This document shows, one piece after another, positions 1 to 10,889 of a DNA stretch of 43,938 bases; the stretch's first letter is position 1, and every line of letters starts with the position of its first letter. The position numbers and the translations under genes were made by a program. The notes under the pieces were generated by a model, which made no database searches, was not told the origin of the DNA, and was given only the letters and a program-made list of their open reading frames with translations. The DNA lies in assembly GCF_001194135.2 (NCBI RefSeq), contig NC_068981.1:183154280-183198217 (forward strand), read 5' to 3'. The DNA is from Octopus bimaculoides (Eukaryota).

Positions 1-4
1 ATGG

Positions 5-626
5 ATTAGTCGATTACATCGACCCCAGTGTTTCACTGGTACTTAATTTATCGACCCCGGAAAGAAGAAGGCAAAGTTGACCTCTGTGGAATTTGGGTTC
101 AGAACATAAAGACGGATGAATGACCGATGTGCTAAGGATTCTGCCAACTGACGGCTTTAGATTTTTGTGATAACATTAAGTTTTAGTCTGGGGCGGCGAG
201 CTAGCAGAATCGTTAGCACGCCGGACGAAATGCTTAGCGGTATTTCGTCTGTCTTCACATTCTGAGTTCAAATTCCACCGAGGTCGACTTAGCCTTTCAT
301 CCTTTCGTGGTCGATAAATTAAGTACCAGTTGCGTACTGGGGTCGATATAATCGACTGCCCCTCCTCCCCAAACATTTAGGGCCTTGTGCCTAGAGTAGA
401 AAAGAATATTAACTTTTGGTGCAGGGCAGTGAGCTGGCGGAATCGTTAGCACGCCGGGCAAATGCTTAGCGGCATTTCATACATCTCTACGTTCCGAGTA
501 CACGTTCCACCGAAGTCCACTTTGCTTTTCATCCTTATGGGGTCGGTGAAATAAGTGCCAGTTAAGCACTGGCTCAATTTAATCGACTCATTCCCTTTCT
601 CAAAATTGCTGCCCTTGTGCCAAAAT
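5..626. mobile_element. Three SINE family A copies (tRNA-like head plus core TCATCCTTTCGGGGTCGATAAATTAAGTACCAGT): about 5-153 (-), 192-411 (+), 425-626 (+)
   Basis: Head GGCGGCGAGCTGGCAGAATCGTTAGCACGCCGG has an A-box-like segment and a B-box-like GAGTTCAAATTCC. The same sequence recurs more than 20 times in the window. It resembles the tRNA-derived OR/OK-type octopus SINEs from memory; the exact family name is not verified. Confidence 0.8.
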
Positions 627-1057
627 TTGAAACCTCGAAATTTGAAACCACGAAATAAATTGACAGTAAAAAGTGTTGACAATTAAGCCAAAGAAATGTA
701 CGTAATAGGTTTTTATGTCGTCTTAAGGTACTTATTAAACCATTTTATCTATCCGCCCTTTTAAAGCCTAACCAGGTTCATTGGACCGGTTTCCCAGTTT
801 CTATGACGTATGTGAAGCCGAAAACTGACTTCAATTAGAAATCGCAGTCATTAAAAAAAAAATAATGAAAGATTCTATCTGAAACCGAACTTATTCTGTG
901 AGTAGAGCATAACATAAAGAAATCCTTGAAACATCAATAAATATGGCAGCAATTAGATCTCAACAAAATATTCATCATATTGATGATGTTGACAGTATAT
1001 ATACTTAGTCAAAATTTGTAAACATAATTGTTATATATATTTTCTATTGATTAACAG

Positions 1058-1258
1058 GAGATTTCAAATACTGGAAAACAACGAAAGTAACACACTTTGG
1101 GTCTGAAACAGACATGGTAGAGGATTTACCAAATATAGAAATGTCATCTTACATCTTACTCTCATATGCTAAAAGAAAAGAAATCGAAAAAGGGACTTCC
1201 GATTATGAGGTGGTCATTCTCTCGGCATTCGTCCCATGGTGATTATCATTTAAATCAG
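1058..1258 (+). pseudogene. Internal exon of an alpha-2-macroglobulin/CD109/thioester-protein (TEP) family gene (C-terminal part of the TED/A2M_comp domain), with a +1 frameshift
   Basis: Acceptor ttaacAG at 1056-1057 and donor GTaagc at 1259. Translates as (G)DFKYWKTTKVTHFGSETDMVEDLPNIEMSSYILLSYAKRKEIEK, then after one extra base in gaaaaaggg (about 1186-1194) GLPIMRWSFSRHSSHGDYHLNQ. This matches the family motif EMTSYALL...GLPIVKWL..QRN..GGFSSTQ, ending on Q at phase 0. Other exons were not found in the window. Confidence 0.7.
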
Positions 1259-1289
1259 GTAAGCCTTTATATACACAATATGTTAGACT

Positions 1290-1575
1290 CACCTGCTGAA
1301 GTCGACGTATGAGTGTTCAGCCATTGCCGAACGACCTGCAAAGATGATTTGTTTATGGAGGTCAAATGTTCGTGGCAGACATTAGCTCACTCCCGCCATC
1401 AAATTGACGTAGCTTGAACAGGTGCACGGTGTACCACCCGTCGGGTGTCGCGAAGTGATCGAAGAGCAACGCGAGATAAAGTGTTCTGCTCAAGAACACA
1501 ACGCACCACCCAGTCTAGGAATTTGAAACCACGATCTCGCGATCATGACTGCAACAACCTGACCACTAGGCCACA
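1290..1575 (-). mobile_element. SINE family E copy (tRNA head plus CORE-like TTCTTGAGCAAAACACTT segment)
   Basis: Reverse complement matches the + strand copy at 11261-11548 over head, middle and tail (e.g. TGCAGGTCGTTCGGCAA, CTGAACACTCATA). Confidence 0.7.
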
Positions 1576-1601
1576 TATATATATATATATATATATATAT
1601 A

Positions 1602-2514
1602 NNNNNNNNNNNNNNNNNNNNNNNNNNNNNNNNNNNNNNNNNNNNNNNNNNNNNNNNNNNNNNNNNNNNNNNNNNNNNNNNNNNNNNNNNNNNNNNNNNN
1701 NNNNNNNNNNNNNNNNNNNNNNNNNNNNNNNNNNNNNNNNNNNNNNNNNNNNNNNNNNNNNNNNNNNNNNNNNNNNNNNNNNNNNNNNNNNNNNNNNNNN
1801 NNNNNNNNNNNNNNNNNNNNNNNNNNNNNNNNNNNNNNNNNNNNNNNNNNNNNNNNNNNNNNNNNNNNNNNNNNNNNNNNNNNNNNNNNNNNNNNNNNNN
1901 NNNNNNNNNNNNNNNNNNNNNNNNNNNNNNNNNNNNNNNNNNNNNNNNNNNNNNNNNNNNNNNNNNNNNNNNNNNNNNNNNNNNNNNNNNNNNNNNNNNN
2001 NNNNNNNNNNNNNNNNNNNNNNNNNNNNNNNNNNNNNNNNNNNNNNNNNNNNNNNNNNNNNNNNNNNNNNNNNNNNNNNNNNNNNNNNNNNNNNNNNNNN
2101 NNNNNNNNNNNNNNNNNNNNNNNNNNNNNNNNNNNNNNNNNNNNNNNNNNNNNNNNNNNNNNNNNNNNNNNNNNNNNNNNNNNNNNNNNNNNNNNNNNNN
2201 NNNNNNNNNNNNNNNNNNNNNNNNNNNNNNNNNNNNNNNNNNNNNNNNNNNNNNNNNNNNNNNNNNNNNNNNNNNNNNNNNNNNNNNNNNNNNNNNNNNN
2301 NNNNNNNNNNNNNNNNNNNNNNNNNNNNNNNNNNNNNNNNNNNNNNNNNNNNNNNNNNNNNNNNNNNNNNNNNNNNNNNNNNNNNNNNNNNNNNNNNNNN
2401 NNNNNNNNNNNNNNNNNNNNNNNNNNNNNNNNNNNNNNNNNNNNNNNNNNNNNNNNNNNNNNNNNNNNNNNNNNNNNNNNNNNNNNNNNNNNNNNNNNNN
2501 NNNNNNNNNNNNNN
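1602..2514. other. Assembly gap. Other gaps: 8854-9570, 11649-12227, 13402-14080, 14553-14580, 19432-19906, 24468-25286, 26027-26852, 28411-28477, 29518-29870, 35562-35571, 42434-43008
   Basis: Runs of N, about half of them bordered by (AT)n, (GT)n or (CA)n microsatellites. Confidence 0.99.
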
Positions 2515-2564
2515 TGTGTGTGTGTGTGTGTGTGTGTGAATGTGTGAATGTGTGTGTGTGAATA

Positions 2565-2595
<31 letters not shown>

Positions 2596-2611
2596 GTGTA
2601 TGTTCTTCCTT

Positions 2612-2806
2612 TTTTTTTGTACTTGTTTCAGTCATTTGACTGCAGCCATGCTGAACACAACCTTTGATTAAGCAAATCGACCCCAGGACTTATTCTTTGT
2701 AAGTCCAGTACTTATTCTATCGGGTACTTTTGCCGAACCGCCGAGTTACGGAAACGTAAACATACCTACATCAGTGTCTGGTGTTGGTGGGGGCGAACAA
2801 ACACAG

Positions 2807-2896
<90 letters not shown>

Positions 2897-3060
2897 GACG
2901 GGCTTCTTTCAGTTTCCGTCTGCTAAATTCACTCACAAAGCTTTCGTCGGCCTGGGGCTATAGTAGAAGACACTTGCTTAAGGGGTACCAAGCAGTGGGA
3001 CTAAACCCGAAACCACGTGGTTGGGAAGCAAGCTTCTTACCACACAGCCACTCCTGCGCC
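2612..3060 (-). mobile_element. SINE family B, complete bipartite copy with internal (CA)n(TA)n microsatellite (2807-2895)
   Basis: Reverse complement reads head GCAGGAGTGGCTGTGTGGTAAGAAGCTTGCTTCCCAACCAC...GAAACTGAAAGAAGCCCGTCG, then microsatellite, then tail ...GTTTACGTTTCCGTAACT...CAGCATGGCTGCAGTCAAATGACTGAAAC. Same layout as 31156-31545. Confidence 0.8.
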
Positions 3061-3536
3061 TATATAGAGTCGACTGTTGTTAAACACTAACACACACACA
3101 CACATCTTTACTCGAGTCCGAGTTTTGGTAGAAAGTCTCCCTACTTTATCAGAGAAGCAATAAAGAATGAGCCGAATTTCGGTCTTCAGTATATAAGCTT
3201 TTATTCGGAAAAATCCTTTGATATGATTGGAAGAAATCCACAACACTGGAAAGCTGTCAATTTATGAAAACATTCTGAGCTCACCTTTTTGTTATGTGAC
3301 AATAGAAGCAGCTGAAAATCATGTGAAACGAGAAAGCTGCCAATGTTCTCTGTAACGTTCACATTACGTAACATGGGAAGCTATTAAAATCATCTCATTT
3401 CTTCATACATATTTCAGCACACACAAATTTAAATTCGTAACTCATATCAAACTTATATCCAAATCCAGATGGAGCTTATTTGAATAAATACATTCCTAAT
3501 TAATCAGTAGATATCTACTTAATCAATACATTCTAC

Positions 3537-3918
3537 TTGGCACTCCGTCGGTTACGACCACGAGGGTTCCAGTTGATCCGATCAACGGAACAGCTTGCTC
3601 GTGGAATTAACGTGCATGTGGCTGAGCACTCCACAGACACGTGTACCATTAACGTAGTTCTCGGGGATATTCAGCGTGACACAGAATATGACAAGGCTGG
3701 CCCTTCGAACAACAGGTACAACAGAAACAGGAAGTAAGAGTGAGAGAAAGTTGTGGTGAAAGAGTACAGCAGGGTTCACCACCATCCCCTGCCGGAGCCT
3801 CGTGGAGCTTTAGGTGTTTTCACTCAATAAACACTTACAACGCCCGGTATGGGAATCGAAACCGCGATCCTATGACCGTGAGTCCGCTGCCCTTACCACT
3901 GGGCCATTGCCCCTCCAC
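3537..3918 (-). mobile_element. SINE family D, full-length copy
   Basis: High identity over about 370 bp to 41783-42146. The minus-strand 5' end is tRNA-like (GCAATGGCCCAGTGGT..GGGCAGCGGACTC...GGTTTCGATTCCC). Confidence 0.8.
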
Positions 3919-4769
3919 TAATCAATACATACCTAACAACGTACAATGGCATTTAGCTGCTTCAGACACCGACGATACTTCATGAGTAGAACAGTTTGCT
4001 TCCTTCGTGACCATTGTAGAAATAAATGTTAAGAAACAAAAATATTGCATGATTTAATGGATGCACAGGTCTATAAAATTCATACAAGTTCTGTAATTCT
4101 ATATTTTTTAAGGACAAAAATCATTACTCTTGAAATTCATTCTGGGTTTGCAACTTTGATTTACGGCTGTTGTGACCAATGCAAAACATTAGAAATTATT
4201 GACAACCCTTGCTACAGTTACACATTCCCAGTTATGACCTTCGAAACCAACACAATCCTCAACAAACATTTGGTAAGACACCATTTAAACTTGTTTACTG
4301 TTTACAAATGCAGTTATTATGATCATTTCTTATTTATCATAACCATCATGATGTCGGTCTTTTATTTCTTTTTCCTGTCATTGTCTATCTCATATTCCTC
4401 TTCTCCTTCGATATTCCTATTAATTCAAATGTTTCGTGTTTTCTCTTCACAGATTGAACGTACGGTTGAAACATGAGAACAATGGCTGTTCTTCTCTAAC
4501 GTCTGAATCGTATTCCAATTTGAAATCAAATTGTTTATTAAATTTAAGAAAAATACAATAAAATAAATTTTACATAATTTTATTCTTGTTCCTTTTTTTT
4601 TTGCTATGAGTGTTTATTTGCGATTTGATATTTGTTGTGTGGGTTTAAAACGTTTCTAAAGTGGTTTATTACGTTAGAGATCTTTACACAAGCTCGTCCA
4701 ATGTGTTGTGCTGTCATCATTTAAGATTTTTCCTTTTCAAGTAAAGCAGGAACTGTAAAGTCACAGTAA

Positions 4770-5480
4770 GAGCTAGAGCTTTGCAAAGCAAGATCCACGT
4801 CTTTTTCTCTCATCCCAACAAACTCTGTACGCCTGACACGTTGTAATAGCCTCTAATACTTGTATCAGATTAACCAAATGTAGTTGAACTCTTCTTAGCT
4901 TAAGCTTTTCACTCCCTATGGAGCATAGGCCATCGGCGATTTTCTCCACTGTCCTTGACTTTGGGCTGTCTTTTTTGCTTCTCTCCAGTTGGGTCCATAA
5001 TTTTCCTTGTAGATTCATTTTGGATTTCACTGCCCTTTGTCATGTTTCCCCGTGGGAAGGCCTCTCTCTTCCAGGTTTTGAATTGTTATCAATGCTTCTG
5101 CAATTCAATTTTGATTTTTTTCTGGATAGTGGTTTTGGCCCAACGCAAACATTTTTACCTCCAGAAAGAGCTAGTCCAGTTCAAAAGAGAGAAGCCAGAC
5201 TAATGCCTGACCTATATCCTTTGACCTAGGGGGGATATACTCCACTGGTCTAGATCTCAGGGCCATTGAGACACCACACAGATCACCACACCACAACAAG
5301 AACTGGACCTTGTGCTGGAAATCTAGTTGAACACACTATGCCAATTCCTTTCCATGTGATGCCATTGGTCATCTGAGCAGACAAAAACCACTACAACCAG
5401 CACCATCACTAACACTACTATCTGCAACAATACAAACCAAAGGGGGAGCCTTCACACGGTGACTCACTTTGCTAGAAATA
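4770..5480 (-). mobile_element. Highly degenerate L1/Tx1-like LINE ORF2 fragment (endonuclease end and linker)
   Basis: Broken minus-strand frames give VCIVADSSVS, LVVVVFVCSDD, LLWCGDL (GDFN-like), QRAVKSKM and KIADGLCSIGSEK, in the order expected for L1/Tx1 APE and linker motifs. Many stops and frameshifts. Confidence 0.4.
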
Positions 5481-6482
5481 GCAGCCAAATTTCCTCCTAT
5501 TACACTGAACAGTCTATAAAAATGGAAATATTGGACAACGTAGTTACAGGTATACAAAAGGGCAGGGTGGTCACAGTTGTAACACATTTAATCATAAGTC
5601 TGCTTAATGAAGGCTAATCTTCGGTTATCAACAACAATAACAACAAAAATTTTAAACAGCGCACTTCGTATCATCACACATAGGCTTATAGACGATGCCC
5701 TTAACAAGACAGGGACAGGGTTTATCTTAAGCACAGTCATGGCTACTAGAATCACTACATACATGATCCTCAGTCTTCTTGTTCATAGTCGTTCGAAAGG
5801 ACTCAACGAAAACAGTTTTTGCTATTCCATTTCACTGTGACATTTTAAGTCTGATGCATGGATAAGTTATTTATGATTTCACCAGGAAGTTTATAAATTG
5901 ATACCATCATCTTCACTCTTTGACAGAGTCGACTGAGGGCCGGAATCTTAATATACAGTCACGTGTCCGCAAGTTGCCAACTAATACGAATACTGCACTA
6001 TTTCTTCGTTTATCAACATAATTAATTCATAAATACTACAATCAACTAAGGTACAAATAAATTCATGAGGTTGGAGCAGTTGACTTACTAAATTATATGA
6101 TGTGAGCTCTGAGTAATTAACGATTGTTTAGGCAGTGCTAAGTTCAAAACAGTCTGATGCTGTTGTTGGCGAGGATTCGAATTTTGTTATTACTATAGGA
6201 AGAGATGGTCAAGTAGATATTATACTGGAATAGAAGATCGTTGGGGTTGAAATCATATCCATTGAGTTGTGTTCGTTATCTGCTTCTAAATCTAATAATA
6301 CACTTAGAACGTCGGGTTAACGCCATACTATATATAGAAATAACCTAAAGGTTATATGATTCTACTTAATCTTGAGGTTCAGCACTCTGTGTCAACAAAC
6401 ACTATACAAATGGCAAAATATTACGGCTACTGACTTCTTACATTACTTGTGCTTGATTTATTGATGGCTACAGATGAAGTGT

Positions 6483-6765
6483 GAAGGCGCCTAGCTTTGT
6501 GATTAGGGTGTCGTGCTCACAATCGTAAGATCATTGTTTTGATTCCAGGATTGAGCAGTGATTTGGGTTCTTGAGCAAAACTCCTGATTTCATGTTGCGT
6601 CAGTTCATTCAGCTATAAATAAGTTCCTGGAGAAACTGGGAAGTTAAACCTGCGACGGACTGGCGCCCTGTTCAGGGTGGAGGAGTGTAGTGTTGTAATC
6701 TCCGTCACCTATACTCCATGGAAACCGGACTAAGGTCCGACCTTCTGAGTTCTAGGGTTCAAGAC
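6483..6765 (+). mobile_element. SINE family E copy. Related copies at 11261-11548 (+), 22135-22315 (+), 30670-30965 (-); tail only at 20215-20310
   Basis: tRNA-like head (GAAGGCGC...GTGATTAGGGTGTCGTGCTCACAATCGTAAGATC), CORE-like TTCTTGAGCAAAAC, and tail CCTGCGACGGACTGGCGCCCTGTTCAGGG shared with the other copies. Confidence 0.7.
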
Positions 6766-7441
6766 AAACCTAACCAAACAAATAAAGTCGATTGGTTAGG
6801 ATTCGAACCCCGAATGCGAAGTGATAAAACAACTCATTGCAAAGCATTTAATCCATTAATCATTCAGTCGACTAACCGCTCGCCTTAAAAAAATTAAAAA
6901 ATAAAAATATTGATTTCAAATTTTAGCACAAGGGCTTAAATTTTGAGGGAGAGAATAAGTCGATTACATCGCCTCAAGGGCTCAACTTTTATTGACCCTG
7001 AAAGGATAAAACGCAAAGTCAACCCCAACAGACAAGAAATATTACAAACACGTAAAAGCAATGATTTGTTTGGTTCATTCATTTTACTAATTTGTGAGCA
7101 GTGGGACGCATATGTAAGGACGCGTCCTTACATACGTATTTCAAAGCAATAACGATTAAATGAACTGTAGCCGTCATTCAAAGGACCACTGTCTGTGTAA
7201 CACCGATTAAAGTCGGATGTAAATATTTAAGCTGTTTGTTTCGTTGTAATGAAGAAAATTATGATTAAAAATTGATGAAATTCCCACCAGATTTACGTAT
7301 TTCGATCTTAACTTAATCTTTTTGGTGTGGTGTTGAATTTTGCATCGGTTTATAGAATCAAAATAGGTACAATTCTTCTTCAAATCGAAGAGAGGTAATT
7401 GATTAGTATACTTGCTTTTCTTTTTCAAATCAGAAAGTGTC

Positions 7442-7464
7442 AGAGAGAGAGAGGGGGGAGACGA

Positions 7465-7500
<36 letters not shown>

Positions 7501-7720
7501 GAAGAGAAATAGAGAGACGAAGAGAGAAATGCAGAAAGAGACGAAGAGAGTGGAGAGAGAGAGTTAGAGAGAGAGGTAGAGAGAGATAGAGGTAGAGAGA
7601 GAGAGAGGTAGAGGGAGAGAGAGGTAGAGGGAGAGAGGGAGAGAGAGAGGGAGAGAGCGAGAGGTAGAGAGAGAGGTAGAGTGAGAGGCACAGAGAGAGA
7701 GAGAGATGATGAATGAGGGA
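7442..7720. repeat. Polypurine (AG/AGAC/AGGT) microsatellite tract
   Basis: Direct inspection. It explains the LSLSLS ORFs. Confidence 0.95.
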
Positions 7721-8813
7721 GACAATGTGAGAAAGTGACAGACCGACAGAGAATTAGAAGGTGCTGAATGAGATGACAAACAAGCTAGTAGTTTTTACAA
7801 AATCTTTCTGAGAATGTAATGATAGCTGTGTGTTTCCTCATTCATCAGGAGTAGACAATTTATCAACCATAAATAATCGTCTGGACATTTTTTTAATATT
7901 TTTTTTTTTTATCTGAGAAATCAGATGAAGTCATATCGCGGCAGGAGACATAAAGAAAAGCAACCCCATCGAACTCGCTACTTCACTAGATAGAATACGG
8001 AAAACAAACCCAAACACTCCGAAAGGCGTTGCTCCAGCATGACCTTAGTTTCTGGCTGAAACCAATAAAACAAAAGCATAAAGCAATCCACCAATATCTA
8101 TTTTGCCAACTCACACATGACTAAACGCATGGCCAACCTCAATGAAGTTTGAACCCCAAATCAAGAGACACACATTTTTAAAAACGAAATCAGTTTAGTA
8201 TAGTGCCCTGTCTCATACACATATGTCCAATGTTTTGAGTGAATGAAATTTATGAGTAGAGATCAAGCTTTTCACCTTTCAGAATTCTTGTAACACGAGC
8301 GCAGTCTTATGGCCAAGTGGTTAAAAAGCTCGGGTAACAATCGTAAGGTGAAAGGTTCGATCCAATAGTGTAGTAACTTGGGTGTTTATATTCGACCATA
8401 GCCTCTGATTGACCGTAGTCTTGAGTGGAAATGAAGGGGAAACTGTGTAGAAGCCCAGCGGATGAACTGTAGCTGTCCTTCAAAGGGCCGCTGCCTGTGT
8501 AACACTGATTCTTCGTGTTGATTTGTGTGATAGTTTCATATGACTGTGGAGTACTCAGCCACTTATACTGCAATCCAATTCTAGATGGTTCGTTTAATCG
8601 AACAACTGGAATGCTAATCGTCGAAACAGACGGAAGATCCCTTTGCTCTTCTTTTCTTCCTGTGATTATTTTCATTCAAAATAAATTTAACGTAAATCAT
8701 CAACGATTATCAGCTTAAGTCGATAATCCATACACGAGTTAACGGAATAGTTGCTGTGTGGTGAAAAGCCTTGTGAGTGAATTTGGTAGACGGAAACTGA
8801 AAGAAACCTGTCG

Positions 8814-8853
<40 letters not shown>

Positions 8854-9570
8854 NNNNNNNNNNNNNNNNNNNNNNNNNNNNNNNNNNNNNNNNNNNNNNN
8901 NNNNNNNNNNNNNNNNNNNNNNNNNNNNNNNNNNNNNNNNNNNNNNNNNNNNNNNNNNNNNNNNNNNNNNNNNNNNNNNNNNNNNNNNNNNNNNNNNNNN
9001 NNNNNNNNNNNNNNNNNNNNNNNNNNNNNNNNNNNNNNNNNNNNNNNNNNNNNNNNNNNNNNNNNNNNNNNNNNNNNNNNNNNNNNNNNNNNNNNNNNNN
9101 NNNNNNNNNNNNNNNNNNNNNNNNNNNNNNNNNNNNNNNNNNNNNNNNNNNNNNNNNNNNNNNNNNNNNNNNNNNNNNNNNNNNNNNNNNNNNNNNNNNN
9201 NNNNNNNNNNNNNNNNNNNNNNNNNNNNNNNNNNNNNNNNNNNNNNNNNNNNNNNNNNNNNNNNNNNNNNNNNNNNNNNNNNNNNNNNNNNNNNNNNNNN
9301 NNNNNNNNNNNNNNNNNNNNNNNNNNNNNNNNNNNNNNNNNNNNNNNNNNNNNNNNNNNNNNNNNNNNNNNNNNNNNNNNNNNNNNNNNNNNNNNNNNNN
9401 NNNNNNNNNNNNNNNNNNNNNNNNNNNNNNNNNNNNNNNNNNNNNNNNNNNNNNNNNNNNNNNNNNNNNNNNNNNNNNNNNNNNNNNNNNNNNNNNNNNN
9501 NNNNNNNNNNNNNNNNNNNNNNNNNNNNNNNNNNNNNNNNNNNNNNNNNNNNNNNNNNNNNNNNNNNNNC

Positions 9571-9820
9571 CAAAGTTGAACTGAAGGCAAGGATTATGGC
9601 AGCATTGACCAACTTAAAGAAAGAGACCGTCCAGAAGAGTTGTAGGAGATTCCAAAGTCGTCTGGAAGCCGTGGTTGAAGCTAATGGCGACTTTACTGAA
9701 TAAATTTACTCTTTAGTATTTCAAGATATTTTTATGTAATTTTGGTAAATACATCTGTTAAAATGAGATGACAGTGTTATTTTCATTTTTGCGTAATTTA
9801 GACGACAACATATTCACCGC

Positions 9821-9826
<6 letters not shown>
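9571..9826 (+). mobile_element. 3' end of a Tc1/mariner-superfamily transposon (transposase C-terminus and right end)
   Basis: 9572-9703 reads KVELKARIMAALTNLKKETVQKSCRRFQSRLEAVVEANGDFTE*, typical of a Tc1/mariner transposase C-terminus. The element ends in ...TTCACCGCACTCTG. The 5' part is lost in the gap. Confidence 0.75.
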
Positions 9827-9855
<29 letters not shown>

Positions 9856-10190
9856 ATGCGTGATGCATGCGTGCATTTATGTGTGTGTGAGTGTGTACGA
9901 GCATGTATATATACATATATATGTGTGTGTATGTGTATGTGTGTATGTATATATACGTGTGTGTGTATGTGTGTGTATTTGTGTGTGTTTGTGCTTCTCA
10001 CCCATCACTACTTGACAACCGGTGTTGGTGTGTTTACGTCCCCGTAACCTAGGGGTTTGGCAAAAGCGTCCGATAGAATAAGTACTAGACTTTAAAAAAA
10101 ATAATCTCCAGGGTTTGAATTGTTCGACCAAAACCTTTCAAGACGGTGCCCCAGCATGGCCGCAGTCGACTGAAATAGGTAAAAGAAGAT
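9826..10190 (+). repeat. (GT/AT)n microsatellite followed by a SINE family B tail
   Basis: Microsatellite 9826-9985, then CTTGACAACCGGTGTTGGTGTGTTTACGTCCCCGTAAC...CCAGCATGGCCGCAGTC. Confidence 0.75.
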
Positions 10191-10730
10191 AAACGAAAAG
10201 GTTTATTAACCCATTTTTAATTCCACCGAAGTCGGACTTTGCCTTTCATCCTTTCGAGGTCGATAAAATAAAGTTGAGCACCTGCGATCGATGTAATCGA
10301 CTTCCCCTCCCCTCAAAATTTCTGGCGTTGTGCTAAAATTAGACAGAGATATTTATCCAATCACTTAAAGCCTCATTTTGGTGAGTGGGGGGTTCAGTCG
10401 TTATTTGTTTTGCCAGAACAATTTACCGGCGAGGTGTAAATTTGACAAGGGAGATTACTCCGCATTCGTAGCACGAGTTACTTTCCTTGGATTTGCTCAA
10501 ATCGTGTCAAGTAATGGAAGGGAGAGAGTCTTAGTGTATTATACGGCTGCAGCACGAGATGACAGCGTGTTGTGAGGAGACATGGGTCTGTCTGAGGCAC
10601 CCGACACTCAGGCTAAGGGGATGAGTAAACTCACTGAAAATTGTTTTAAATGTGACGTTTTACAAATAATAATCTTTTACATATAAAATCAAAGCATAAC
10701 TCAAGGATGCAGCATAACTGATGATGCTCT

Positions 10731-10889
10731 GTCGATTAGATCGACCTCAGTACACAACTAGTACTTAAATTATCGACCCTGAATGGATGAAAGGCAAAGT
10801 CGGAATTTGAACTCATAACGTAAAGACAGACGAAATACTGCTAAGCATTTCGCCCGGCGTGCTAACGTTTCTGCCAGCTCGCCGCCTTG
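10731..10889 (-). mobile_element. SINE family A copy. Partial copies also at 6921-7032 (-), 10221-10345 (+), 11586-11648 (+, cut by gap)
   Basis: Matches family A head and core on the reverse strand. Confidence 0.75.

Noticed and set aside
176-682. Recurrent short ORFs such as RNWYLIYRPRKDERLSRPRWNLNSE, FFQFPSAKFTHKAF and PRCHAVGLNPEPCGW at many positions
   Set aside because: These are translations of SINE families A and B, not a repeated protein domain.
1445-2635. Long ORFs in the track spanning N-runs (also 8710-9612, 11573-12259, 13264-14271, 19383-20088, 24336-25454, 25919-26951, 29414-29978, 42227-43171)
   Set aside because: They are open only because N codons are not stops. The flanks are microsatellite or SINE sequence.
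3840-3918. tRNA-like segments at SINE heads (also 6483, 11261, 22140, 31156, 42070)
   Set aside because: They have A/B-box similarity but no closed cloverleaf or acceptor stem, and each continues into a SINE body.
4045-4476. 143-aa ORF MHDLMDAQ...
   Set aside because: Non-ATG start, AT-rich low-complexity composition, no recognisable domain.
5607-5840. ORF containing RITTYMILSLLVHSRSKGL, faintly like the TEP EMSSYILLSY...EKGL motif
   Set aside because: The similarity is short, lacks the LP...W...GGF continuation and has no convincing splice sites. Probably chance.
10378-10600. GC-richer 65-aa ORF between SINEs
   Set aside because: No recognisable motif in any frame. Likely an unclassified repeat fragment.
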